This document shows positions 51,793 through 63,120 of a stretch of DNA of 64,000 nucleotides, one piece after another; position 1 is the stretch's first letter, and the number at the start of each line of letters is the position of its first letter. The stretch is from Botryllus schlosseri (lineage: Eukaryota). The position numbers and the translations under genes are program-made. Below the pieces are notes generated by a model. The model was not told the origin of the DNA, searched no databases, and saw only the letters and a program-made list of their open reading frames with translations. The stretch lies in contig CM119373.1 in the NCBI GenBank assembly GCA_051294905.1, forward strand, positions 2,730,001 to 2,794,000. Direction: 5' to 3'.

Positions 51793-53393
51793 CATGGATT
51801 CCCAACCTAGGGGTTGCGACCCCATGGGGTCGCTTGACTATTCTGTGAGGTCGTGGAGACGAAATTTAAATACAAATTACTATTGCGAGAATTAAATTAA
51901 TGGGCGGCTAAAACTACATGTAAGGAATGGAAACCCGCCGAACAGGTCTCAGATCAGTCGAAGTGTCAATTTAAAGCGCTAGCAACTATAACACAAGAAT
52001 GGTATCTGTTTATCTCTATAAAGGTTATAGGGCAGTGTGAATAGAAATCTACAGGAATTTCTCATTTGAGGAAAACTACGAGTGAGCCGCTATTGCTATG
52101 TGTTAACAGTATATATACGACCAGCGCGGCTGAGTAACTTAATGCTGTGTTTCTCGTAACGCAAAATTTCACTGAGCGCTACTTGACTACGTCGATTGGG
52201 TAGAGATTAACATTCAGCATCGTTTGAAAAGACTAGGGATGGTGTGAACCTCTGAAAGGTTCAGGTTCGTGTAAACGCGAACCTTTTTGAAAGGTTCTGT
52301 GTGAACGCGAACGTGAAACTCATGACGTGACGTGACGTCATCTTGCTAACTCCAACCCTATCTTTCAATGAAGTGATAGCCTACATTAATGTACCCGATA
52401 CCTAGCGACGACTCGGGCCACATAAAGCAACAATGCTGCAGTACATATTGGCGTTTTAAACGGCGCTAAATGTATCAACTATGAGGCAATCAAAGGATAT
52501 AATAGTCCCATAAAATCAACATCTTTCGTCGCTTTGCCAACAATTTCGACGAGGACTTACCAGGGAATATACGCTTACCCCTTAACGGTCTAGGCCAGAT
52601 CGGACAATGTATTCGGTGTATGAGTATTGCTACATTGATATTGAGCAGAGTGTAAATGGGTTTCCATACTTGCTACCGATATTACCCCATTAAGAAGTTA
52701 TGCAGCAGTAGCCAACCCCTCAATCGCACGGATTTGGTTTTAATGATGCAGTAAAGATGTTGAGTCAAGATTGACCCCGTACACCTTCTCGAATTTTTAC
52801 AAAAACGATATCAATCTTATTGATTGGTTGAATAACCATCATTCGCTGACTACGTATTTCGCTCGTGATGTTGTGTGATTGCGGGTCAAGCTCACAGCAC
52901 AGACTCACTAAATATTCACAAACGGAAAGCTGGATATTTCGAGCAAACTTTTGTAAAAAAGCAAGTAAAACTTTTGAGATTGTCAAGGTGCATGTTCGTT
53001 TAGAGTTGATTTTTATTGCTGCCAGCGCCATGCATAGAGCGGTCCGCAGTTAAAATGCAATAAATTTGAACCAAAGATATTATAATGAAGTGAAAATTGT
53101 AATATATGAAAAAAGGTTCACAGTCCGGAACCAACCAAGGCTCTGTTGTGAGAGCGAACTTCTAAATTACCGAGGCTCACACACGGAACGCGAACGTGAA
53201 CGTTCACACTATCCCTAAAAAAGACCTATATATTTTGCACTTGTCTTGATAAACAGAAGTTCATAATTGCATAATTCCTGTTATTGCGCACATATTTGCC
53301 TGCTTCCCCCATAGGCCGTGGAAGGTGGGTAGTGGAACATTTTTTTGAAATCGAAATTTTGGGTCGCGACCATAAAATGTTTGGGAACCCCTG
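51793..53393. mobile_element. Charlie/Buster-type MITE family J, hosting a family A copy
   Basis: Ends catggattcccaac / tttgggaacccctg; gggtcgcg motifs; TSD CTTTAAGA / CTTCAACA. Confidence 0.75.
52234..53217 (-). mobile_element. MITE family A, copy 3 (inverted)
   Basis: TIR tagggatggtgtgaac / gttcacactatcccta; TSD GAAAAGAC / AAAAAGAC. Confidence 0.9.
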
Positions 53394-53465
53394 CTTCAAC
53401 AAAAATGAAACAGTTCGACTTTCTCATGATCATTATTTTGACAGCTACAAATTATTCGAACTCAC

Positions 53466-53680
53466 CGATGCGGTCCATATTTCAATATACGACCAATACT
53501 GAATAGTGCTAATTGCAATCCGGCACGCATTATTGAAAATGCTCATATAGAGATTAGGCGTTGAAATTGTTGCTAATTGTGTGCTATTTCTTTCGCAAAT
53601 TCTAGTCGCCTCGGTGAAATTGATGTCCCGCGTTTCCCGTAGTTTGATCAAGTAGCATCCTCCATTGAGATAGCACAATT
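53466..53680 (-). CDS. CTL-F5/8C lectin gene, exon 2 (N-terminal half of the C-type lectin-like domain)
   Basis: LCYLNGGCYLIKL..INFTEATRICERNSTQLATI..IEIWTAS matches CTL C-Y, A..C....LA.I and W motifs; donor gtgagt in phase 0 joins to give WTASTYE. Confidence 0.88.
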
Positions 53681-53765
53681 CTAAATTTGTAAAAAAAGTT
53701 ACAGCACAATTCTAAATTTGTAAAAAAAGTTACAAAACTGATATCATCGTAGAAATTGAAAATAC

Positions 53766-53831
53766 GTAGGTACGATTCATAGTAGGTGAGAGATGTAGCG
53801 TATAAGAAAATGCATCGAAGACGGGGATCAT
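53766..53831 (-). CDS. CTL-F5/8C lectin gene, probable exon 1 (frame and donor ambiguous)
   Basis: ATG 53831 in accATG context; donors gtattt (53765) or gtacct (53773); TATA 50 nt upstream. Confidence 0.45.
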
Positions 53832-53880
53832 GGTTGCAATCAGTCACTCTCAGTAGAACAGCGAATTAGTTTCACACAAC

Positions 53881-53888
53881 TTATATAA
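53881..53888 (-). promoter_or_regulatory. Candidate TATA box of the lectin gene
   Basis: TTATATAA 50 nt upstream of ATG 53831. Confidence 0.4.
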
Positions 53889-54389
53889 TCCGTGTCGCTC
53901 TTCTCCTGCTTGGGCGTTATTAGCCTTTCAGTTGATTACGCGATTTCGCGAGACTGGAAGCCAATGCTGCTGCGGATACACAGTCCACCAAATCGTCAAG
54001 TCGCGACTGTCTTGATCGTAAGCCATTTTTTTATTAATTACAATAGCTCTATCTCTTGATTGGAAGCCCGCCAGTTACATATACCGTTTCATTATATTAG
54101 TTTTGACTTGGTAATACTAAATGCGTATAAACTTCATACACTCCGGGGTTAGGAATCTGTTTCGTCAAAGTAGCCATATTTGCCCTATATTTTCATTCGT
54201 AATTCTCAAAGAGCCACATAACAACGTCGATAAAATGTGACGCCACTATTGAAAATCCGTAATGTCACCATGGCACGGTGGGATTCTGCATGTAGGGGAG
54301 ATGTGGTACCGATGGATCACTGGGACCGAAAATACTTGAAAAATTCTCCATGAAAATTCCATGATTACACTCCGTGAATTTGTCTACAA

Positions 54390-56057
54390 CAGGGGCGGGC
54401 AACTTCTCCAGTCGGCGGGCCGGATATAGGAAAATTAAATACTTGGCGGGCCGGATTGCTGAATCGATACATTATTCGCCCATTTATCCACATATACAAG
54501 GAATAAATCGTATTTAATGAATGTATTTTAACGACAGCAATGTAACTTCGAAGCCATTTCTCGCCAATAATGACGAAGACAATGTGGATTTGAGAACAGC
54601 ATTGTCATACAGGCACTACTATGTTTGCTTCTCTCTGATCGATCACCACGGTGCAATCCCTAATTAAGATTTCAAGGCGTTCGATAAGCCCTGTACTCTA
54701 AATTCACCAATATATCTCTTCATTGGGGTTTAGTACAGGTATGACCAACCTTTTTGCCATTCACGGCCGCATTTCGACTACTCGTGTATAGCCTACGGCC
54801 GCATTCCAGGGCATAGTCGTAATGAACTATCTGGACGCCAAATACACATGCTATAGTGTCCATGTCGTTTTCCGGTGAACTCCGCACTTATCCATTTAAT
54901 CACATAGGCTTACTATACGCACCGACTTCGCGAGTGGTCACTGGTGACTGGTCATGGTTATGTTATGGGCCGTACATAATCGCGCGAGGCGCGAAAATAT
55001 TTTCCGATTCAACTATGAATTTCGTCACAAATAATAGTATTTTTCATATTATTTCTCATCCGATGTCATCAGATTCAACTGTAGATTTGATGGAGGGTGT
55101 GTTTTTCGAAAATTTAGGACAAGATATCAATGATGATGCATCTTCGGGTGGAACAATTATAATTAGTCACTTGGTTGCATGCTATTATTTCTTGACCTAC
55201 CATCAAGATTGTCCGTATAGTGAGGAGTACAAGACTCCGAGTTGGTATTTCTATATGAGGCGGATCATTTTCCTCTGCTGTTCACGTCTGTACTGTGGGG
55301 CTATGATTGCAAAGGGCGCCACTATAATAAAATCGATAAACGAAGTCACATTGAATCGCGCCCAGCGCGAAGAAAATTTCAAGATTGATTAGGATCTCTC
55401 AAAAAATCGAGACTCAATTTGTAAATTCAAATTGCATGTCGACGGCCACCCGCACAAACGGTACTAATTGAATTGTCCACAAATTTCCCTTCTACGGCCG
55501 CAGGTTGGCCACCCTGGTTTAGTAGGTGACGAGATATAGCGTGGTTGTTCAACTGTGTGGCCTATTCTATCTCGATATTGAATTCATGCGGCCCGCGGCC
55601 TCTACAAAATTTGAAAGTGGCCCGCGACCCGTTTCGAGTTGGCGACCCCTGGCATAAGCGATGTCTTACAAAAGCCGAGAAGTGTGTCGTGCTACAAGTC
55701 GACGGTTACGGAATCAAAAATAAGAAATATCGGCCTAGTGTAAATGACCATTGTAATCGACAAACACCATCATTACCACAAATGACATTAGGATTGAGTA
55801 CATCGTAAATGCCGATAATGCAAGTCTTCTCGCTTCGACTAACTTACGAGTAAGCACCACCCTTGGTTCACTGCGCAGTGCGCATACAGGTGTAACATAC
55901 AGTCACTAAAATTTGACGTTTACGCAAGTAGCAGGGAATCTCTGAATACTGGGGCCGCGGGCAACATTATCATGTAATACAGAAAACTGTCCTCGGGCCG
56001 GACAAAATCACTTCGCGGGCCGGATCCGGCCCGCGGGCCGTATGTTGCCCACCCCTG
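54390..56057. mobile_element. Charlie/Buster element family H nested in G
   Basis: TIR caggggcgggcaac / gttgcccacccctg; exact TSD GTCTACAA; the empty site is visible in G copy 1 at 15172-15179. Confidence 0.92.
54736..55516. mobile_element. Charlie/Buster MITE family I nested in H
   Basis: Ends caggtatgaccaacc / ggttggccaccctg; exact TSD GTTTAGTA. Confidence 0.88.
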
Positions 56058-58765
56058 GTCTACAATTACATGCTGACAGAATCTTTCCTGACATGCATCG
56101 ACCTGCGTGAGTTATGGGGTCCGTGACGAATGTTTTACGTTTTAGGGGGTGTAAAGTAAATTTGGATCGACATTTGCATTTTTCTATACCACCTTTCAGA
56201 CTAACAAACCCGCCATAATTTTTAATGTGAAGTATAGGGCTTGTATCAGTGTATATAATGGCACATATTTTTTGAATCAATACCATCCTCGAATGGACTA
56301 TTTTCAATTCAATTACAATATTTATGGGGTGGGGGACCTATGGCACCACAGCCAAATCAAGCAAAATAGATGGACCAACTAATCACTTAACAACAAAAAC
56401 TCGCCTACATATATATAGGCTGTAAATCATAGTTACCTGTGGTGTTTCATCGCTATTACGAGGTATTTGAAAGTCAAAATGTCGATTTGCGGGTAATATG
56501 TATGTGGCATTAATTTTGTAAGTTTAGGCGTAAATCAAAACATGATTTTATACCAACATTTGAGTTGATATAATCTATTTTATTCTTGAAGGTAGCGACG
56601 AAACATTCTTCATGGGCTTGCTGCAGCTTAGCTTACATTACACAACAAAACAAGTTAACAAATTTGAGTTTTTGAGCGATGTCTCATAGGTCCCATGGTC
56701 GTGTGCCTTTGGACCCACCGGGTGGGGACCGATGACACGTTCGAGCAACAAATTTCAAACCTTTATAAATATTTCTTGAAAAGGCGGATATTCATGTAAA
56801 TGTCCGCGATAGGTAGAGCTTGTATCGAAGTGTTGAGACAGCAAAAGATCTGCTGTTCTAGGCTGAAGATTTGAGGGCCAGAGATCATTTTGCAATTTTT
56901 GATCCATCGGTACCACATCTCCCCTACTTCATAAGTTGTATGTTGAAAAGACTCGCACTGGTCGTGCTATGTAGTTGAAATCGTGGTGTCGCAGTGAGAT
57001 CGGTACATTTGCCGCGACCTGGCTATCACAAATAAACTTTCGACTAAATACCCAGCACTTCAGTGTCTATTTTCCCGCTTTCATAACTGCGATCTCTTAA
57101 ATAATTCGTGACTTAAGTAATGAGTTAAATCGGAATATCGCAAGTACTGATTATTTATCCATAAATACATTCGAATTATGTCTCTCTGAAAAGCCAGTGT
57201 TAGCTCAATTCTACAAATTGTGTTGGCGATATTCAAATTGCGGAATCTAAATCACTACCGCATCTGTCAGCTGAAACTCAGAGAATAGTTTGCACGATAG
57301 CAGACAGATCTCATTTCTAATGAAATATTAAGTATATTTGATTTCCACAAATTCGCCGTATAAATCTTCAGGAAACTTCTCAATTTTGAGACTTATATCA
57401 GTCGATAGGTTTAAGGAAGCCCACTTTCCGTGACGTAGTGCACACTTTCTGATCAACTCTTATGTAGCCTACTTTTATATAAACATTCGAATAGTAGACC
57501 ATTGAATGAGTGAATGAATGTTTCTGTTGAAAAATCACACGAAAGGTTAAAGTGGATTTGGCTTCATAAAAATCGTGCAACTTGAGACTTACTAACATAT
57601 ATTTCCCTGAGAGCCATAACAACCATACAAGAGCCTTATGTGACTCGCGAGCCATAGTCCCCGACCCCTTCCAAACATAGACAATCCGATGGAGGCGAAA
57701 CGATCAGGCACCATGCGATGTAGATCCTTATACCAATCCCCAAACCATGCGGCGGCCAACATTGCTCGCCGACACATGTGTGTGGATTGCACAATTTAAG
57801 TAGCTGGACACGAGGTGATATACCTAAAGCCCGAATCTTTACAGATAAAAACGATTGCTGTGTGGCATGACAGGCTACACGGGCACATGTTCATCCCTAT
57901 ATGGAACTGCATTAAATGTTTGATGAAAAATGGGAAATGCAATGTGACGGTGCATATTCGTCAGCTTCTCTTTCAAATGAGTCGGCATCTCATCGACGCT
58001 ATTTTACGGACCCCATTCAATCCCCAAGACTGGGCAATGCATGACCTATATGCTTTCAAGCTAATTCGTGTCTGACGTTGGATTAATTCACCAACCTATC
58101 TGGGTGCAGCTGTCTGAGTACGGGAAAAGTTGTCACAATTTGAATATTTGAGATGATGATTCATCAATCCTTGATCACCGTCTTGGGCCAAATATTTGAT
58201 TTAGCACGAATTTAAAAAGGTTTGAAGAGGCGGAGATTTTGATACATATCCAGTAGAGTTGTTCAAAAATAACGTTTTTTTCCAAATTTCAGTCGCTTGG
58301 TGATAAAATTGTCAGGTTGCCTAAAAAACGCCACATATTTTTTTCAGGGGTCTGGAGGAACCGCAGTAAACCTCCCCCCTTAAAGCTGTGACACACTGTA
58401 AACTGAAACGCGTGCATTTATGCACCTAAAAAACACACAATATTCGAATTTTTTTTTAGATGCCACATTGTGTGGTAGTGATGTATGTCATAATATTGTG
58501 TGGTCTGAAGTGGCATGTCCGTACCTATCACTGCAGAGCTCGAAATTATGTACCTGATATAACTCCACAGGCTCTCGAAACAATATTTTATTTTAAAAGA
58601 ATCAGCTTTAAAATGTACGTTAGTGCAAATTGCCGTTATAAATATGGCAATAAAAATTAAAAACAACATTTTTTTGACACAGTAAGACAGGATTTTATAC
58701 AGTAACAACAGAGCTTCTTGGAGATACAGAACTTCAATATACAAATGAATAGTATATGTTCAATG

Positions 58766-59347
58766 TTCATATTGAAATGAGCCCGAATATTTTCGGCTGA
58801 GACTAGTCAGCGGTAGTCGTCAGTAACCAGTAAAGAATTGGAGAGAACATTGTATATCAACAAAATCGTATCACAAAATATGACGTCACCAGCATGAAAT
58901 TTCGAGAGAGAGAGCGTTCAGTGCACTATTCCGATGCAGCTGGTACACGAACTCCTTCTGTTGACAGAGTTCCGGCTGGTGTATTTTGATAAGTGAACCA
59001 CAGTGTGCTAATCAAAGTACTAGAAAAACTCCCAAGTCACTCGCGAAACGCTCAATGCCAACGAAGGATATACAACAACCCAATCGCAATAGTGGAAGTA
59101 AAGGGATTAATAGCAGCGGAAATCACATGTATAAAATACACCAGCCGAAACTCTGTCAATAGGATTTCGTGTACCAGCTGGGAATAGTTCACTGAACGCT
59201 CTCTCTCTCGAAATTTCATGCTGATGACGTCATATTTTGAGATACAATTGCTGATACACAATATCCTTTCCAAATCTCTACTAGATTTGCGAACGATTAC
59301 CACTGACAAGTGTCAACAGAAAATATTCCGGTTCATTTCAATATGAA
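58766..59347. mobile_element. Foldback-type element with ~220-bp inverted arms
   Basis: 58766-58990 is an imperfect reverse complement of 59130-59347 (e.g. catgaaatttcgagagagagagcgttcagtg / cactgaacgctctctctctcgaaatttcatg). Confidence 0.8.
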
Positions 59348-59663
59348 AATACTATGTAACAGTATAAAAGAACTGGATTTGGAACTAAAGCAAAGTGTAT
59401 GTACAGTAATGTTGCCAATAAATATTGTTTCTCACGAATTGACTAGTTACATGATCAAATGATTGAATTGCCAAAAAACCATAGTAAACCAATTTCGGCT
59501 CAGCAGTATGTTATTTTGGAACAGCCTTAATGTACAGTGCCACTAAAAAACGAAAAGTTTACAAATTGAAGGCATAGCAAAAATCTAGCCACAAAAAAAC
59601 AAATTATTGTGCAAATGCAAAAAATCCAATATCTACACTACATTACATGACAAAAGAAAGCAA

Positions 59664-60156
59664 TGGGGCCAGGTACAATGATTCGAGTACTCGAATCTGA
59701 ATCGAGTAATAATTTTAATGATTGGAGTCGAGTAGTAAAATTCGATTTTTTCTAGTACTGTAATTATACGCTCCTCGCCACTGCACGTTAATTTATCAAC
59801 AATAATTATAGTTTCGATACAATTTTTCCGTGAAAGCCTTGAAACATTGACTGGCCGTATCGCAGCATGGGCGACATACAGTACAACGCTACGAACGTTA
59901 CAGAAAATATACATTTCCCAAGTCGTGATCATCTCACAACATTGTCACAAAGTGCAATGAAACCCGTATGGCCGAACAATCTTTGATGTGATCAATAACA
60001 GGCATTATATTATTTGTGGTGGCATGAAAGGTACATTTCTAAGCTTTGACATATTACTTTCTGTTATTACGTCATAATGAGTGATACTCGAATACTCGAA
60101 GCATTTTACGTGATTCAGAATCGAATCAATCAGGTACTCGATTTTGCCCAGCCCTA
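59664..60156 (-). mobile_element. MITE family N copy
   Basis: Colinear with 49325-49838; TSD GAAAGCAA / GAAAGTAG. Confidence 0.82.
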
Positions 60157-60649
60157 GAAAGTAGTAGTAGTACTAACAGTACAAGTACTTGGAGCAGGGG
60201 AGATTAATTAGCCTACATTTTCCCAATCGATTGCTGGACATTTTGATATTTTTTTCCAAAAATTGATGAACTTGTTCGACTGAAATCGCGAATTTTTATC
60301 ACCAACAAGGACACGTTGAATGAATGGCATTATTTGAAAGACCTTGGGATAACTAAGATCCCATGCGTAATAGCATGCTACGAGATCAATTATCCTCTAC
60401 GGTCTTCTTTCGTTTTCGGATCTGCGCTTGGCGGTGATGCTATTGGCCGAAATCCACGATTGTTCATCTCCATTCTCTTGACGTGCAATCAAAAGATGAG
60501 GAGGAGTCAACTTTGAAGTCGTTAAATCGACTGTATGTGCCTGGAATTAAAACAATATGTTAGCTTAAAATTATATTGCTAAATATTCACGTGCAAATCC
60601 AGAGCACATGACCAACTTCAGCTAGAAATGCTTTTATGAGACTTCTCAT

Positions 60650-61168
60650 CTGGGTTGTAATGACTTGAGTCACGACTTTCTGATGACTCGAATTGACTCG
60701 AGTCATTTTATCAAAACAAAAAAATAACTCGACTCGACTTGGATATGAGTCATTGCACATGACTCGAACCAAGTCATATGAATCGAGACCCAGACGGCCA
60801 ACAAAGACATTTCATTGTAATTTCGAAGAATACTAAAATAACCACACTATTGGCATTTCTTCTATTGGTACTGGCACTTGAAAATGCGACCTGAAACTAC
60901 TAAAAGTAAGGAAAATTAGTGTATTATAAATGCGAACCATTCGATATCACCAAACAGTGATAAAAAGTGGATTTAACAGGACTTCAACTGGAAACTGAGC
61001 AGTCAACACAATGACTTGGACTCGGACTCGAGTCATAACACCATGACTCGAACCTCTACTTGTTGACTTGAACTAGGAGTTGACTCGGTGGTGAATTGAA
61101 AATAACTCAACTTGACTCGAGTCAATCCTATAAAAGTGAGATTGAATTGCGACTTGGTTACGACCCTG
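60650..61168 (+). mobile_element. MITE family B2, copy 2
   Basis: Colinear with 33662-34255; exact TSD CTTCTCAT. Confidence 0.9.
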
Positions 61169-61782
61169 CTTCTCATACTAAAGATATAAATGTAGTTGAA
61201 TCAACGAATAGTCTGAAGGGGCACTGCACTCTAAAAATGATGTCGTCCCTAATTGAAGGGCAAACGAGAAAAATGTTAGGCCGCAGCCATTTGCTTCAGA
61301 ACGTCACCGCAATGGAGTTTCAATTTTTCAATTCAATCCACAAGAACATCACGCAGAGATCGAACTTTATATCATTGTCACCCGATGTTATGAAGGAAAT
61401 ATGTCGTACACGCCAAGGTGGTTTAGATGCGACATTCAAGGGAAGATGTTCAGTCAGGAGATTTATGTCAAAATCGGGCCTAGTGTATTCTATTTCTTTA
61501 GGACATATTTCCTTCATATTATTTTATTCGATTATAAATCGAAGCATTATTAGATGCACCAACTGTGATCAGACGCATAAATTAAATTTCTCTACATCTT
61601 CAGAATCTTAAGGGGTACCAGTGAACCACGGACCTTGTTCGATCATAAATTGTTAGTTGGTTAATCTGAAAGGGGCACTGCGCTATACAAATGATGTGGT
61701 CTCAAATTAACTCGCGGGCCGAGAAAAAATTTACTGCAACCGTTGTCTTCAGAGCGCCACCGTAATGGTGCTGAAATAAAAT

Positions 61783-61939
61783 TAGGGTTACCATACGACC
61801 TCCTTTATAAGGATTTGTACTCCTTTTTCAGGTTTTTGAAATTGTCGTCCTAGGACGCCTAAATGTCTTCCTTTTTGGCAACTCCAGTACTGTTACTGTG
61901 AAAATCCTCCTTTCCCTATTCCAAAATATGATAAACATA
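61783..61939. mobile_element. Small hAT (Blackjack-like) MITE
   Basis: Ends tagggttaccata / tatgataaacata; TSD AATAAAAT / AATTAAAT. Confidence 0.7.
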
Positions 61940-63006
61940 AATTAAATGAATTTCGCATACGACCTGTTACGCTCGAGCTTCCGCGTTTCCTAATCCGTTG
62001 CGAAATTTCTGGTGCGATAACGTCACCATCGCTTTACTCGCCCCGACTTCTATATTTTCGCAACGGGTTAAGAATGGATGACGCGCAGCCACGACAGTTG
62101 GTCTTAATACGAAAATTCTGCAGCTCCATTACGTCAAGCGCGGTGTTTAGCATAACATAATACACCTTCGTTTTGGGACGGCTCAAGAATTTCTATCATA
62201 TATAAGGATTCTATTTTATAGAACTTCTATATATATCTGAGCTGAAGCAGATCCATACTAGACAGGTAGTAAATCTTACCTGACAAAGACATATTGCACT
62301 CAAACCATGGTTCGACTTTATTTTCTTGTCTGTGAGAGGTTCTGCAGTTTGAGCAGTACATGAATTTCATTGTCTTCATTTCCCTGCAAACAAGTAGAAT
62401 CATAATAAACAGTAGAAGGACTAATAAGAATATACAGGTGAGGGAAATTCCTGCACTTCAAATGCTTTCATTCCAGCCCATCCTTTTGAAATGCCAATTC
62501 ACTAATCCGTATTATCGATGCTGCGTAGGCCTACTGCAAAATAGCGAGAATCATTTGTATGCAAAATGGGTTATCAATATCTCATGTACGCTATCGTCGG
62601 GGGTTTGATATAGCGCGTCCGCGTGCAGGCCTTACTACTGTCCGCAGAAACACTTTCCCCAAACAGTTCGTGTTTATGTATCTTTTTGATTAAAACTTAT
62701 GCCCGTGGCTGAACAAATTATGCTCGTTGCCAATGCCGAATCTGGGTATTCACGTATGACAAGCGTACCCTGTAATTGTAATTATTGCGGGTTTGCGGCA
62801 TATCTGCAATTTCTTTATCAGCATAACTTTGCCGGTTTATTGTCCAGTCCGATAAAATTGATCACTACTATGTATTTCGCACAGCGTGCTGATTTCACCA
62901 AAGTAACGATCCTTATTAGATGTACAAATTCGACCTCATCGTTAGAGACGTCGATTTCATCGCGCCTATGACTATAGCACTGTTAATTATCAAACATAAT
63001 ACCAAC

Positions 63007-63120
63007 CTCTTGATCAGTCTGCTCTCCAAAAACTTTATCAAGAGTGAGAAGCATTTCCATGTACTTCTCATGCATTTCTTCAACACTTCTATCAACAAGC
63101 AGTTGAAACTCATGCCTGAT
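63007..63120 (-). CDS. Exon-like segment of an unidentified, possibly decayed gene
   Basis: 114 nt, open in phase 0/0: IRHEFQLLVDRSVEEMHEKYMEMLLTLDKVFGEQTDQE; acceptor ttattctcaatag, donor gttggt. Confidence 0.45.

Larger units (their letters stand above)
54295..56924 (+). mobile_element. Family G, copy 2, with nested insertions
   Basis: Same TIR and TA flanks as 15085-16049; colinear once 54390-56065 is removed. Confidence 0.9.
54143..57670 (+). mobile_element. F-related Charlie/Buster MITE, outer layer of a four-level nest
   Basis: Degenerate ends ccggggttaggaa / ccccgacccct with aaagagcca..gcgagccata motifs as in family F; TSD weak. Confidence 0.6.

Noticed and set aside
54856..55392. 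178-aa ORF
   Set aside because: Lies wholly inside MITE I, GTG start, no recognisable motif.
61096..61611. 171-aa ORF
   Set aside because: Starts at TTG inside a MITE and crosses its boundary; no motif.
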